Assembly: GCA_016707525.1 (NCBI GenBank) | Contig: JADJHP010000003.1 | Location: 76,677 to 140,676, forward strand | DNA: 64,000 nt | DNA from: Ignavibacteriota bacterium | Lineage (GTDB): Bacteria > Bacteroidota > Ignavibacteria > UBA10030 > UBA6906 | Direction of reading: 5' to 3' | Part shown: positions 18,404 to 28,800 of the stretch, piece by piece | Position numbering within the stretch: position 1 is the first letter of the stretch | Layout: the number at the start of each line of letters is the position of its first letter | Made by a program: the position numbers and the translations under genes | The notes under the pieces: model-generated | Seen by the model: the letters and a program-made list of their open reading frames with translations, nothing else | Told to the model about the DNA's origin: nothing | Database searches by the model: none

Positions 18404-19450
18404 TCAGTTGAAACGGTACTTGCGGTAGGTGCTCACGCCTTCCTGCAGGACGACCTTGAAGAAGCCTGCGACCGGCACGGCGAGCAGCATGCCGAGGATC
18501 CCAAACAGCTCTCCGCCGATCATGATCGCGATCAGAACGAGGACCGGATGCATCTCCACGCTGGAGGCGACGATCGTCGGTGCCACAACGAAATCGTCGA
18601 GCAATTTCAGGATGAAGTACGCGATGATCACAGGGGTCGCACTGTTCAGATCGCCGCTCCCCAGCACGGCAACGATCGCCGCGGGGATCACCCCGGCGAT
18701 GGGTCCGACATACGGGATCAGGTTGGCGAGACCGGCAAAGACACCCAGGAACACGAAGTAATTCACACCGAGGATCCAGAGCGCAAGGATGGACATGAGG
18801 CCGAATGCCACGGCATCCACGAACTGGCCACGGAGATAGTTCCCCAGCTGCATGTCCATCTTGTACAGCAGGTCCAGGGTGAACTCAAAGTACCGGTTCG
18901 GCACCATACTCACCAGTTTCTTCTTCATCTCCCTGCCGTCCTTGAGGAAGAAGAACATCAGGAACGGGATCGTCACCGCATTCACGATCAGACTGAGGGA
19001 ATCGCTCAACAGGAATGAGAAGACACGTTCGGCGATGGATTGTTTGATGGTAGCGATGCGGCCGAGGAGGTCAAGGTCCTCAAGCCCGAGGAACGCGAAC
19101 GAGGTCTTCAGCGAGCGTTCGATCCCCCGGATCGCCTCCGCGGCCTGTTCGGTGGTCGCGCCCGACTGCAACGCGCCCATCTGGTCCATGATGGCCGGGA
19201 CAAGGAGATACGCCGTTCCACCGATGACCAACGTCAAGGTGAGCACGACGAGAACGACGGCAAGCGTCCGGCTCATCCCCCGCGCCTCGAGTGCCGTGGC
19301 AGCGGGATCCAGGATGTACGCCAGGAGCAACGAGAGGATGACCACCTGCGCCGCACCTCCGAGAAAGAGCAGGAGGATCGCGATCGTCATCGCGGCCAGC
19401 AGCGGCACCAATTCGTGCGACGGACGCGTCGGAGGAATGGTCGGGGTCAT
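18404..19450 (-). CDS. AI-2E family transporter (PerM/YhhT-like)
   Basis: Polytopic membrane protein of 348 aa with AI-2E family features. Confidence 0.8.
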   Translation of the reverse strand: MTPTIPPTRPSHELVPLLAAMTIAILLLFLGGAAQVVILSLLLAYILDPAATALEARGMSRTLAVVLVVLTLTLVIGGTAYLLVPAIMDQMGALQSGATTEQAAEAIRGIERSLKTSFAFLGLEDLDLLGRIATIKQSIAERVFSFLLSDSLSLIVNAVTIPFLMFFFLKDGREMKKKLVSMVPNRYFEFTLDLLYKMDMQLGNYLRGQFVDAVAFGLMSILALWILGVNYFVFLGVFAGLANLIPYVGPIAGVIPAAIVAVLGSGDLNSATPVIIAYFILKLLDDFVVAPTIVASSVEMHPVLVLIAIMIGGELFGILGMLLAVPVAGFFKVVLQEGVSTYRKYRFN

Positions 19451-19974
19451 CGGGCCGCCGGGCCGTTCAGCGCGTTCACGCGTTCTGTCAACGCCAGCAC
19501 CTGGACGTTCGCCTTGCGCAATCTGTCACCCAGGATCTTCGCAAGCCGGATCACGATCTTCACCCCGAAGCGCGGGTCGCGTTCGATGAGTGCGAACAGG
19601 TCGGACTGAAAGAACCCGAGGATGAGGCAGTGGGTCCTGGCCACGACCGTTGCAGAACGTGAGGTCTCATCGAGCAGAGAGACCTCACCGAAGAAGTCGC
19701 CATCCCCGAGGGCCGAGAGCTGCACGTCGTCGCGGCCGGAGATGACCGCGGCTTCACCGGACTGGATGATATACATCCCGAGGCCCGGCTCATCCTGACG
19801 GATGATCACTTCACCCGGAAGATACTCACGCTTGTGCAGGACGCGTCCAAGGGCCGCGAGTTCACGTGGCGAGAACCCTTCGAAGACCGGGATCTTCTCG
19901 AGGATGGCCTGCAATGCTTCGTCGGGCTTCGCTTTACGATTGTAGCCGAAGACCCGCGCGCGGAAGTCGTTCAT
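19447..19974 (-). CDS. Stand-alone cyclic-nucleotide-binding domain protein (no output domain)
   Basis: cNMP-binding fold with the motif GEVIIRQDEPGLGMYIIQSGEA...FGEVSLLD. Only 175 aa, with no HTH. Confidence 0.75.
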   Translation of the reverse strand: MNDFRARVFGYNRKAKPDEALQAILEKIPVFEGFSPRELAALGRVLHKREYLPGEVIIRQDEPGLGMYIIQSGEAAVISGRDDVQLSALGDGDFFGEVSLLDETSRSATVVARTHCLILGFFQSDLFALIERDPRFGVKIVIRLAKILGDRLRKANVQVLALTERVNALNGPAAR

Positions 19975-20039
19975 GGTGTAAGGCCTCAGTGGGGGATCGA
20001 TCGGTGCAATATAGGGGATTCGGTGGTAAAAATCACCAC

Positions 20040-22793
20040 CTACCGCGAGAGGAGAAGCGTTCCGTACTTCTCAACGATACTCCGGACCTCCTCGAGGCGG
20101 ATCGGCTTGCTCAGGAAATCATCCATGCCGGATGCCATGCACGCCTCACGGTCGTTCGCCATGACATTGGCTGTCAGGGCGACGATCTGGGGTCTGTCAT
20201 CCCCGGTGTAGCGCTCCCGGATGATCCGGGTGGCGCGGAGGCCGTCCATGACGGGCATCTGGACGTCCATGAAGATCAGGTCATACTGTTGCCGTTCAAG
20301 AGCATCGATGGCTTCCTGGCCGTCGGCGGCCACATCCGCACGATACCCCATCTTGCGCAGGATCGCGAGGGCCAGGGCCTGATTCACGGGATTGTCCTCC
20401 GCGACCAGGATCCGCAGCGGCAGCCGCAGCGCCAGCGTTTTGTCCAGGACCGTGCTGCCCACCGCACGTATCTGCTGGGGGGGGCCGCCGGGTGCCAGAC
20501 GGATGGCCTTCAGGATCTGCGCAGGCTTCACCGGCTTGAGGGTTTGACCGGCGAAGAGTCCGACAACGTCCTCGCGCACCATGCCCGCTCCCGTAGCCAT
20601 GAGGACCATGGGCAACGAAGCTCCGGTCGCGAGGGTGCGGACATGGCGTGCAAACTCGATCCCGGACATCTGAGGCATGACCGCATCAACCAGGAGAACG
20701 TCCACATGCCCCCCGGCGGCCAGCGTAGCCAGAGCCCGGGCAGGATCCGTGAATGCACGGACGCGCATCCCTTCCGATTCGCACACCCGTTGCAGCAACG
20801 CTGTCACGGTCGTATTGTCATCCACGATCATGATATCGGTCGGACCAGCAGGCCTCTTCCCGTCAGCCTTCTCTTTCGGCGCCACCGCGGCGACCGGAAC
20901 GCACAGAGCGAAGAAGAATGTCGCACCCAGCCCCTCCGTGCTTTCTACCCAGATGCGCCCCTCCATCAGTTCCACCAGGCGCTTGGATATCGCCAGGCCG
21001 AGCCCCGTGCCACCATATTTACGATTCACGGAACGGTCGGCCTGCGAAAACGGCTGGAACAACCGGTGCCTCGCGGACTCGGCGATGCCAATGCCTGTAT
21101 CCTTCACGCTGACGAGGAGTTCAACCCGATCACCATCGGTCAACCGGCCCACGGCATTGACCGCAACCTCCCCCTGTTGCGTGAACTTGACGGCATTGCC
21201 GACGAGATTCGCGAGTACCTGACGGACACGGGAGGCATCGCCCATCAGGACCTCGGGAACCGTTGGGTCCACGGACCCGATCAATTCGATGTTCTTTTCT
21301 GCGGCTTTCCCTGCGAAGAGATCGAGCACCTCTTCGATGCAGGAGTGAAGAGAGAAGGGCTCCCGCTCAAGGTCGATCCGTCCCGATTCCACTTTCGAGA
21401 AATCCAGGATCTCATTCAGGATCCCCAGGAGCGATTCCCCGCTGTTCCGGATGGTCTCGGCATATTCGCGCTGCTCTTCGGTGAGCCCGGTCTCAAGGAG
21501 CAGACTGGTCATGCCGATGACGCCATTCATCGGCGTGCGGATCTCATGGCTCATGGCAGCGAGAAAACTCGCCTTCGCTCTCCCTGCTTCCTCCGCCTCG
21601 TCTTTCGCAAGGCGCAGCTGTTCCGCATAGAGCCGGAGTTCCTCTTCGGACTGCTTTCGCTCCGTGATGTCCTGCATCGTCGAGCGAATACCGATCACGT
21701 TCCCTGCACTGTCCAGCTGTACACGGTCCTCGACAAGGACCGGCACTTCCGAACCATTGCTCCTGCGGAACACCCGCTCATACGGCTCCTTGGGAGCGGC
21801 CTCACCGTTCATCTTGCGGGCGACCGCCTTGCGGGAGGTCTCCGGGTCGGCAAGAAAATCCCACACCGGACGGCCGAGCATCTCTTCTTCGGAATATCCG
21901 AGCATGGCCTGCTCGGTCCGGTTCACACGCGTGAAGATACCGTTCCTGTCGATCTCATGGTACCCCACCGGTGCATCGTCGTACAGGTCGCGGAACCTCT
22001 GTTCGCTTGCCCGCACGGCTTCCTCCGCCTCCCGGTCTTCGGTGATGTCCCGGAAGATACCGAAGGCCCCGGCAAGGACGCCGCGCCCGTCGAATTGAGG
22101 TGTTGCGGTAACGAGGAGTGTCCGGTGCTTGCTGTCCGGACGGCGGATCATGATGTTGTACGTGCTGCGGATGCCGGTCCCGCGGATGCGGGTCTGTTCC
22201 CGGATGGACGCGAACACCTCCGGCGTGGTGAACTCACCGATGCACCGCCCCTTCAACGTCCCCTCTTCTACACCGAAGATCGTCTCCGCTGCCGGATTCA
22301 CGAACGTGAACCGCTCGTCGAGATCGACGAAGACGATCCCCTCCCCGGTATTCTCGATCAGCGTGCGGTACAGCTCTTCGCTGGCCCGGAGTTTCTGTTC
22401 CGCGTGATGGCGGTACAGTGCCATCTCCACCGTCGTAGCAAGCTCGCGTTCATCGAACGGCTTCAGGACGTAGCCGAACGGACCGATCTGCTTCGCCCGA
22501 TGGAGGGTCTCCTTATCCGAATACGACGTCACAAAGATGACCGGCACATCGACCTCGGCCCGGATCTTCTCCGCGGCGGTGATGCCGTCGTACTCACCGT
22601 CCATCCCGATATCCATCAGCAACAGGTCGGGCCGATGCTCTATCGCTGCATGATAGGCATCCACCCCGCTGCCGACCACAGCAACGACTGAGCAGCCAAG
22701 CGCGAGCATGCGCTTCCGCAGATCGGCAGCGACGATGCGTTCGTCGTCGGCAATGATGACCCGGGCATTCTCGGGTGTCATGAGACCATTCAT
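20040..22793 (-). CDS. Hybrid sensor histidine kinase / response regulator (REC - PAS/PAC x2-3 - HisKA - HATPase_c - REC - REC)
   Basis: N-terminal receiver ARVIIADDERIVAADL...LLLMDIGM, H-box SFLAAMSHEIRTPMNG, a G-box GGTGLGLAI, and two C-terminal receivers. Confidence 0.85.
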   Translation of the reverse strand: MNGLMTPENARVIIADDERIVAADLRKRMLALGCSVVAVVGSGVDAYHAAIEHRPDLLLMDIGMDGEYDGITAAEKIRAEVDVPVIFVTSYSDKETLHRAKQIGPFGYVLKPFDERELATTVEMALYRHHAEQKLRASEELYRTLIENTGEGIVFVDLDERFTFVNPAAETIFGVEEGTLKGRCIGEFTTPEVFASIREQTRIRGTGIRSTYNIMIRRPDSKHRTLLVTATPQFDGRGVLAGAFGIFRDITEDREAEEAVRASEQRFRDLYDDAPVGYHEIDRNGIFTRVNRTEQAMLGYSEEEMLGRPVWDFLADPETSRKAVARKMNGEAAPKEPYERVFRRSNGSEVPVLVEDRVQLDSAGNVIGIRSTMQDITERKQSEEELRLYAEQLRLAKDEAEEAGRAKASFLAAMSHEIRTPMNGVIGMTSLLLETGLTEEQREYAETIRNSGESLLGILNEILDFSKVESGRIDLEREPFSLHSCIEEVLDLFAGKAAEKNIELIGSVDPTVPEVLMGDASRVRQVLANLVGNAVKFTQQGEVAVNAVGRLTDGDRVELLVSVKDTGIGIAESARHRLFQPFSQADRSVNRKYGGTGLGLAISKRLVELMEGRIWVESTEGLGATFFFALCVPVAAVAPKEKADGKRPAGPTDIMIVDDNTTVTALLQRVCESEGMRVRAFTDPARALATLAAGGHVDVLLVDAVMPQMSGIEFARHVRTLATGASLPMVLMATGAGMVREDVVGLFAGQTLKPVKPAQILKAIRLAPGGPPQQIRAVGSTVLDKTLALRLPLRILVAEDNPVNQALALAILRKMGYRADVAADGQEAIDALERQQYDLIFMDVQMPVMDGLRATRIIRERYTGDDRPQIVALTANVMANDREACMASGMDDFLSKPIRLEEVRSIVEKYGTLLLSR

Positions 22794-22932
22794 ACGACTC
22801 CATAGTGCAAGAGCTGTACCAACGAGGGAATGCCCGGAGGAACGTCAATCGGGGGGAGAAAGAGGCGAAATCAGGCCAATTTCGAGAACCAGTGGTCAAC
22901 CACGGCCAGCTGCTCTCTATTAAACAGGCATG

Positions 22933-23790
22933 CTATTGAAGTTTCTTCAGCAGGTCGAGGCGGAGAGATTCGTTCTTACCGTATCCGAGGATGCCATACA
23001 CGTCGGAACCCCGGACCACGATGTCCAGCGGACCGTGGTGGGGATCGATCAGGTGCGTCGTTGCAGGTCCGGCCGGAGAACCCTTGCCCCCCGCCGTCCT
23101 GACGAACGATGCACGAATACGCTCCGCGGCGTCGGGAGACGCGGTGCGGATGAGGAAGGCCTGTGCACCCTCCCCGCTTCCGTAGCGGGCCAGGTACACA
23201 CGGGAGAGAAATCCGTACCCGAGAAAATCGCTCGCAATATACTGCTCCGACCGGGGTATGCGTCCGCCCGAAGGCAGCGCAGCGAATTCCGGAGGGAGCC
23301 CGCGCGGCGACCCCAACACAACATCAAAGGACCGCGCGAGCAGCAGGAGATCATCGCGTCCGACAGCAGGAGGCGACGACAACTTGAGATACCAGCGGCC
23401 GAAAACAACGATCATCATCCCGGCATCCGCGCATCCTTCGTTGCCCACCTCGACGGCAGCGTTGTCAGGCGAACGTTCTTGCGAGTACATGCCATACGCA
23501 TCAGATACTCCGGCATGGCGATACAGCTCCGCACGCACCTCCTCACCTGACGGCGTGCGGTAGGTCGCACATTGCAGGCGCTCAAAACCATAGATCACAA
23601 AAAGATCCGCGGCACCGTCGATGTACTCCCAGAGATCGTCCGGGCCGTAGACAGCCGTGTCGGCCTGCACAGTCCACCCCCCGGGGACAGGGAAGACGAA
23701 CGCGTCACGGTCGTCCTCGCTCCTTGCAGGGATCGCACCCGAGAGAGCGATGAGGGCGGGGAGGACGAGCGCACGGACCGCCCGCGTCAT
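22933..23790 (-). CDS. Hypothetical secreted protein (signal peptide), no recognisable family
   Basis: MTRAVRALVLPALIALSGAIPARSEDD... Its start overlaps the upstream AKR gene by 4 nt. Confidence 0.5.
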   Translation of the reverse strand: MTRAVRALVLPALIALSGAIPARSEDDRDAFVFPVPGGWTVQADTAVYGPDDLWEYIDGAADLFVIYGFERLQCATYRTPSGEEVRAELYRHAGVSDAYGMYSQERSPDNAAVEVGNEGCADAGMMIVVFGRWYLKLSSPPAVGRDDLLLLARSFDVVLGSPRGLPPEFAALPSGGRIPRSEQYIASDFLGYGFLSRVYLARYGSGEGAQAFLIRTASPDAAERIRASFVRTAGGKGSPAGPATTHLIDPHHGPLDIVVRGSDVYGILGYGKNESLRLDLLKKLQ

Positions 23791-24974
23791 GACAGGAACT
23801 CTTCCGGGATCTGGCCGACACGCCTCACGTCAGCGATCCGGTCGCGGACCGGGAATCCCTTCACGCAGGAAGCGGAGCAGGTCTCACAATCGTGACACGG
23901 GTCGTTGCCACCGTCATGCTGCTTCACCACCGCATGGGCCATGGCAAGGTCGCGATAGCCATAGGCGTACATGAAGGCACGCATATATTCCGGGATCGAC
24001 AGGCTGCGCGGACAGCCGGCCACACAGTGCTCACACCCCTGGCAGTACAATCCACCTTCCAGCCGCCCTGCCACGAGCGAGTCCTGTTCCTCTTCGGTCA
24101 TCGTCAGATCCTGATTCACACTGGCGTTCTCGTCCAGTTGATCGAAGGAGGTGATACCGGGGATCGTGGTCGCGACATTCGGATCCTGCAGCACGAATTT
24201 CAGCGCGGCCTTGCAGTTGATGGGCTTCGTCTTCTCTTTGTCGAGGAACCCCCCGGCCATCGTCTTCATCCCGACGATGCCCACGCCCGCCTGCGCAGCA
24301 CGTGCGATCGCAGCCTTCACGGAGGGATAGTGGTCCTGTTTGAAATTCACGGCGGTCAGGACGACGTCGTACACGCCGCAGTCGACGGCGGCATCGATCA
24401 CATCGGGTTCGTTCTTGTGCGTGGAAACCCCGAGGAAACGCGTGTAGCCCTTATCCTTCGCCTGCTGCAAGGCATCCAGCATGGCCGGCGCACAGGTGTC
24501 GTCCTTCGACGAGGTCGAATGCAGATACAGAATGTCCACATGATCCAACTTGAGCCGTTGCAGGCTCACCTCGACGAGGCTGAGCCACTTCCGTACCGCA
24601 GCCGTGGAGTCGCCAGTTTCAGACGGGACCTTCGTCGAGATCACGTACGAGTCGCGGGGCACATTGGCAAGGAACTTGCCCAGCATCACTTCGTTCATTC
24701 CCCGCTGGTACCCATGGGCCGTGTCCAGGTGCAGGAACCCCTTGTCGAGCGCGGCACGGACGAGACCGGGATTGTCCGAACGCATGACACCCATGCTCAC
24801 GACGGGAAGCATCAGCCCCGTCCGCCCGAGCTTCCGTGTATGCTTCACGGCCACGATGGGCGCCGGTGCGGATGATCCCCCGTTCTCCTGCGCATGCAGC
24901 GACCCGGTCAGGACCGCGCCGGAAGCAGCAACGAGTGAGGTCTTGAGAAAGCCGCGGCGGTCGAACTGTTCCAT
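23787..24974 (-). CDS. Aldo/keto reductase with a C-terminal 4Fe-4S cluster-binding domain; Tat signal peptide
   Basis: Twin-arginine motif DRRGFLKTSLVAASGA, an AKR TIM-barrel core, and a C-terminal CQGCEHCVAGCP...CHDCETCSASC. Confidence 0.75.
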   Translation of the reverse strand: MEQFDRRGFLKTSLVAASGAVLTGSLHAQENGGSSAPAPIVAVKHTRKLGRTGLMLPVVSMGVMRSDNPGLVRAALDKGFLHLDTAHGYQRGMNEVMLGKFLANVPRDSYVISTKVPSETGDSTAAVRKWLSLVEVSLQRLKLDHVDILYLHSTSSKDDTCAPAMLDALQQAKDKGYTRFLGVSTHKNEPDVIDAAVDCGVYDVVLTAVNFKQDHYPSVKAAIARAAQAGVGIVGMKTMAGGFLDKEKTKPINCKAALKFVLQDPNVATTIPGITSFDQLDENASVNQDLTMTEEEQDSLVAGRLEGGLYCQGCEHCVAGCPRSLSIPEYMRAFMYAYGYRDLAMAHAVVKQHDGGNDPCHDCETCSASCVKGFPVRDRIADVRRVGQIPEEFLS

Positions 24975-25000
24975 GGAGCCTCTCGAAGTGATGGGCGTGC

Positions 25001-26704
25001 CTAGTGATGATCCCTGCGGAGCGCAGTCGGGATATAGAGATGGCGCTTGATCTTCTGTGTCGGTGTTTTCTGGAACGGTTCCGCCTGCTCGATGATCCGG
25101 TGGATGCGCGCATACAACGGCACCCTGTCGTTGATCTCCTTCTGCAGGTCGGCAAGGAGTGCGTTCGCCTTCTGACGGATATCGGATTCACTGAGCGATT
25201 GCAGTGCCTTCTGCAGGCGCTCGTAGTCGAGATGCACCAACGCCACGAGTCGCTTCTGGTGCTCATACACCACCGATTCGCGGACGTGCTCGAACTCGTT
25301 GATAACGGCTTCGATCTCTTCGGGATAGATGTTCTTCCCGCTCGGGCCCAGGATCATGTTCTTGGAACGGCCCTTGATGAAAATGAAACCATCCGCATCG
25401 ATCACGCCAAGGTCGCCCGTGCTCAACCACCCGTCGTCGCTCAGGACCTGCCGGGTCTTCTCTTCATCTCGGTAGTATCCCTTCATCACCGTGGGGCCCT
25501 TCACCATGATCTCGCCCTCCCCCGTCCGGGGATTGGGATCCTGGATACGGATCGTCGTCCCACGCAGTGCGGGGCCGGTCGAGCGCAACCGCGTCCGTTC
25601 GGGACCGGTGCCCGCGATCAGGGGTGCGGTTTCCGTAAGGCCGTAACCGATCGCATACGGGAACTTCGCTTCGCGCAGGAACGACTCCACGTCGGGTGCC
25701 AGCGGCGCGCCATCGATGCAGAACAACCGCAGCTCACCACCGAAGGTCCGCAGGAGTTTCTTGCCGGCGATCCGGTGGAGTGCCTTGCGCAGCACCGGCA
25801 CCCCTATCGCCTTTCTCAAGAGCGCACTCTTCATCAGCTCCGGCTGGATCTTCGCCTTGTAGATCTTTTCGATGATCAGCGGTACGGACAACATGACCGT
25901 GGGCCGAACCCGTGTGAGCGCCGGGAGAAGGACCGGGGCGGTGGGCGGTTTGTCCATATAGTACACACTGGACCCCCTCACGATCGGCAGGATCATGCCA
26001 AGGGTGCTCTCATACGTATGGGGCAAGGGGAGGATCGACAGCATGCGATCGGTCTCGTCCAGCGACACGATCGTCATTGTTGCTTCAACATCCGACAGCA
26101 GGTTGCCATGCGTGAGCATCACGCCCTTGGAGTGGCCCGTCGTCCCCGACGTATACACGATCGACGCCAGGTCATCGGCAACCGGGAGGCGTTCGGGCAC
26201 GGCGTACACCGTGGACGGTGCCGCGTGCACATCCAGGATCGGTGTTCCATCGTCAGGATCGGTCTCTCCGGCGATGACCTGCTGCCAATTCTCGAGGAGC
26301 ACGATCGCCCCCGTTTCCGACGGGGCAAGCTCGCCGATCTTCGTGAGAAGGCGGCGCGACACGAACACCGCTTTGATCTCGGCGTGACGCAGGATCCGGG
26401 CGATGTCCGACGAATGGAAATCCGGGAGAATAGGCACCGCAACCGCACCGGACGCGGTGATGCCAAAGTACGCCGCCACCCAGTTCGGCATATTCTCGGA
26501 CAGTAGTGCGACGCGGTCACCGAAGCCGATGCCCGCTCCCTTCAGGAATGCACCCACCTGCTGTGCACGCTGCCAGAGCACATCATAGGTCATAGAGTCG
26601 CCGTCGACCAAGGCGACCGACGGACGGGAGCCGAAGCGTTGCGCGGACTGCTCGAGCGCACGACGCAGTGAACGGGGGAATGATGACATGGGTCCTGCCT
26701 GCAA
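25001..26704 (-). CDS. Long-chain fatty acid--CoA ligase (AMP-dependent synthetase/ligase)
   Basis: AMP-binding motifs IVYTSGTTGHSKGV and YGLTET. Confidence 0.8.
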   Translation of the reverse strand: MQAGPMSSFPRSLRRALEQSAQRFGSRPSVALVDGDSMTYDVLWQRAQQVGAFLKGAGIGFGDRVALLSENMPNWVAAYFGITASGAVAVPILPDFHSSDIARILRHAEIKAVFVSRRLLTKIGELAPSETGAIVLLENWQQVIAGETDPDDGTPILDVHAAPSTVYAVPERLPVADDLASIVYTSGTTGHSKGVMLTHGNLLSDVEATMTIVSLDETDRMLSILPLPHTYESTLGMILPIVRGSSVYYMDKPPTAPVLLPALTRVRPTVMLSVPLIIEKIYKAKIQPELMKSALLRKAIGVPVLRKALHRIAGKKLLRTFGGELRLFCIDGAPLAPDVESFLREAKFPYAIGYGLTETAPLIAGTGPERTRLRSTGPALRGTTIRIQDPNPRTGEGEIMVKGPTVMKGYYRDEEKTRQVLSDDGWLSTGDLGVIDADGFIFIKGRSKNMILGPSGKNIYPEEIEAVINEFEHVRESVVYEHQKRLVALVHLDYERLQKALQSLSESDIRQKANALLADLQKEINDRVPLYARIHRIIEQAEPFQKTPTQKIKRHLYIPTALRRDHH

Positions 26705-26812
26705 CGTCTGAGAGGGGAGATTTGGAAGTACGCCGTAAAATACACAATCCCCCGGATACTCACAAGCACCGGGGGATCGGGTGGAACGAGAGAACTGCCT
26801 GAGGGGCGGAAT

Positions 26813-27601
26813 TCAGATCGTATCGAGCGCCCGGCGGAACGCCGCGGTCCACACACGGGTGCCACCCGGCGAAGGATCGCTCTCCAGCTGCCGGAGAAGT
26901 GCCGAACCCACGATCACGCCGTCGGTGTCGCGGGCAAAGGTCACCGCATCCTCAGGCCGCGAGATCCCGAATCCCACGAGCATCGGGTTGCGCGTGACAT
27001 GCGCACGCACCGCACGGACGTTGTCGAGCGCCGAACCGGCCACGGCCCCGCCGGTCACGCCGGTGGTGGACACGCAGTACACGAATCCCGACGACGCAGC
27101 ATCGATCGCACGCACGCGCGCCGGAGGCGTCGTGGGCGTCGCGAGCAAGATCCCGGCCAATCCCGCGGATGTCACCGCCGGCGCATACGAGCTCCACTCC
27201 TCCAGGGGCAGCTCGGGAAGGATCAGGCCGTCAACCCCGGCAGCAGCCGCATCGACGAAGAATCTGTCCACTCCATAGCGCATGATCGGATTGAGATATC
27301 CCATGAGCACCAGTGGGACACCGGACCGCTGCCTGATCCGTGCAACGAGTTGCAGGATCCACGGCAGGGTCACGCCGTTCGCGATCGCCGTGCCGGACGC
27401 CTTCTGGATGACCGGACCATCGGCGAGGGGGTCCGAGAACGGAACCCCGATCTCCACGATGTCCGCCCCGCCATCCTCAAGTGCGCACACGAGGTCTGCC
27501 GTTGCATCCAGTGTCGGATACCCGGCGGTGAGGAACATGGCAAGCGACCGCCTGCCCTTCGTTGCATTGCCGCTCAACCGTTCTTGGAGTTTCATCGTCA
27601 T
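26813..27601 (-). CDS. trpA: Tryptophan synthase alpha chain
   Basis: [47 protein letters not shown]. Confidence 0.9.
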   Translation of the reverse strand: MTMKLQERLSGNATKGRRSLAMFLTAGYPTLDATADLVCALEDGGADIVEIGVPFSDPLADGPVIQKASGTAIANGVTLPWILQLVARIRQRSGVPLVLMGYLNPIMRYGVDRFFVDAAAAGVDGLILPELPLEEWSSYAPAVTSAGLAGILLATPTTPPARVRAIDAASSGFVYCVSTTGVTGGAVAGSALDNVRAVRAHVTRNPMLVGFGISRPEDAVTFARDTDGVIVGSALLRQLESDPSPGGTRVWTAAFRRALDTI

Positions 27602-28800
27602 AGGTTCGCGTATGTTGTCATATCCTTGTCACCCCGCCCCGACACGTTCACCAGGATGAGGGGTGAGCCGGTGGTGCGCGGCGCGAGCTTTTCCAGCCAT
27701 GCAAGAGCATGCGCAGACTCGAGCGCGGGGATGATCCCTTCGAGGCGGGAAAGCAGTTTCGCCGCGGCAAGGGCTTCCTGATCTGTCACGGCAACATACT
27801 CCACCCGCCCGGCATCCTTCAGCGCGCTGTGCTCGGGGCCGACGCCGGGATAGTCCAATCCCGCGGAGATCGAGTGGGCAAGTTGCACCTGTCCGTCATG
27901 GTCCTGCAGCAGATAGCTGAGGGAACCGTGCAGGACACCGGGAGCTCCCAGCGAGAGCGTCGCGGCATGCTGCCCGGACGTGAGGCCGTGCCCGGCAGCT
28001 TCGACGCCGATCATGCGTGCCCTCGTGCCCAGGAACGGCTCGAAGAGCCCGATGGCGTTGCTCCCTCCCCCGACGCACGCCAGCAGGATATCCGGATCGC
28101 GTCCTTCAGCGGCACGCACCTGCTGCATTGCCTCTTCACCGATCACGCTCTGGAAATCGCGAACGATGGCGGGGTACGGATGAGGGCCAACGACCGATCC
28201 GATGATATAGAATGTATCGCGGACGTTGGTCACCCAATCCCGGATCGCTTCGCTCGTCGCATCCTTGAGCGTGCGCGTCCCGGAATGGACCGGCACCACG
28301 CGCGCACCGAGCATTTCCATCCTGCGCACATTCAACTGCTGACGCTCGATGTCCTCGTCGCCCATGTACACATCGCAGGCAAGTCCCATCCGCGCGGCCA
28401 CCGTGGCCGTTGCCACCCCATGCTGCCCGGCACCCGTCTCGGCAATGATCCGCTTCTTCCCCGATCGTTTTGCCAGAAGGATCTGACCGATGGTGTTATT
28501 GATCTTGTGTGCCCCGGTATGGCAGAGATCCTCCCGCTTCAGGTAGATCTTCACCTTTCCGTAGTGTGCGGCAAGGCGGTCGGCGCGTGTGATCGGCGTG
28601 GGCCGCCCGGCAAAGGTCGTCAGGAGTTCGCGCAGCTCTGCCGTGAATGCCGGGTCCTTCCGCGCGTCCTGATACAACGCCTCGAGTTCGTCCAGCGCGG
28701 GAATGAGGGTCTCGGGCACATAGCGGCCACCGTACGCTCCGAAATAGCCCCGTGCATCGGGCATACCTCCGGGAGCAAGTGCAGCAGGAGCGTGTGTCAT
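27598..28800 (-). CDS. trpB: Tryptophan synthase beta chain
   Basis: [15 protein letters not shown] and PLP-binding HTGAHKINN. The start overlaps the DAHP synthase stop, and the stop overlaps the trpA start. Confidence 0.9.
   Translation of the reverse strand: MTHAPAALAPGGMPDARGYFGAYGGRYVPETLIPALDELEALYQDARKDPAFTAELRELLTTFAGRPTPITRADRLAAHYGKVKIYLKREDLCHTGAHKINNTIGQILLAKRSGKKRIIAETGAGQHGVATATVAARMGLACDVYMGDEDIERQQLNVRRMEMLGARVVPVHSGTRTLKDATSEAIRDWVTNVRDTFYIIGSVVGPHPYPAIVRDFQSVIGEEAMQQVRAAEGRDPDILLACVGGGSNAIGLFEPFLGTRARMIGVEAAGHGLTSGQHAATLSLGAPGVLHGSLSYLLQDHDGQVQLAHSISAGLDYPGVGPEHSALKDAGRVEYVAVTDQEALAAAKLLSRLEGIIPALESAHALAWLEKLAPRTTGSPLILVNVSGRGDKDMTTYANL

Noticed and set aside
19975-20039. 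The GGTGGTGATTTTTACCACC hairpin after the hybrid kinase stop, considered as a terminator
   Set aside because: The stem is 6-7 bp and has no trailing U-run on the coding strand; weak.
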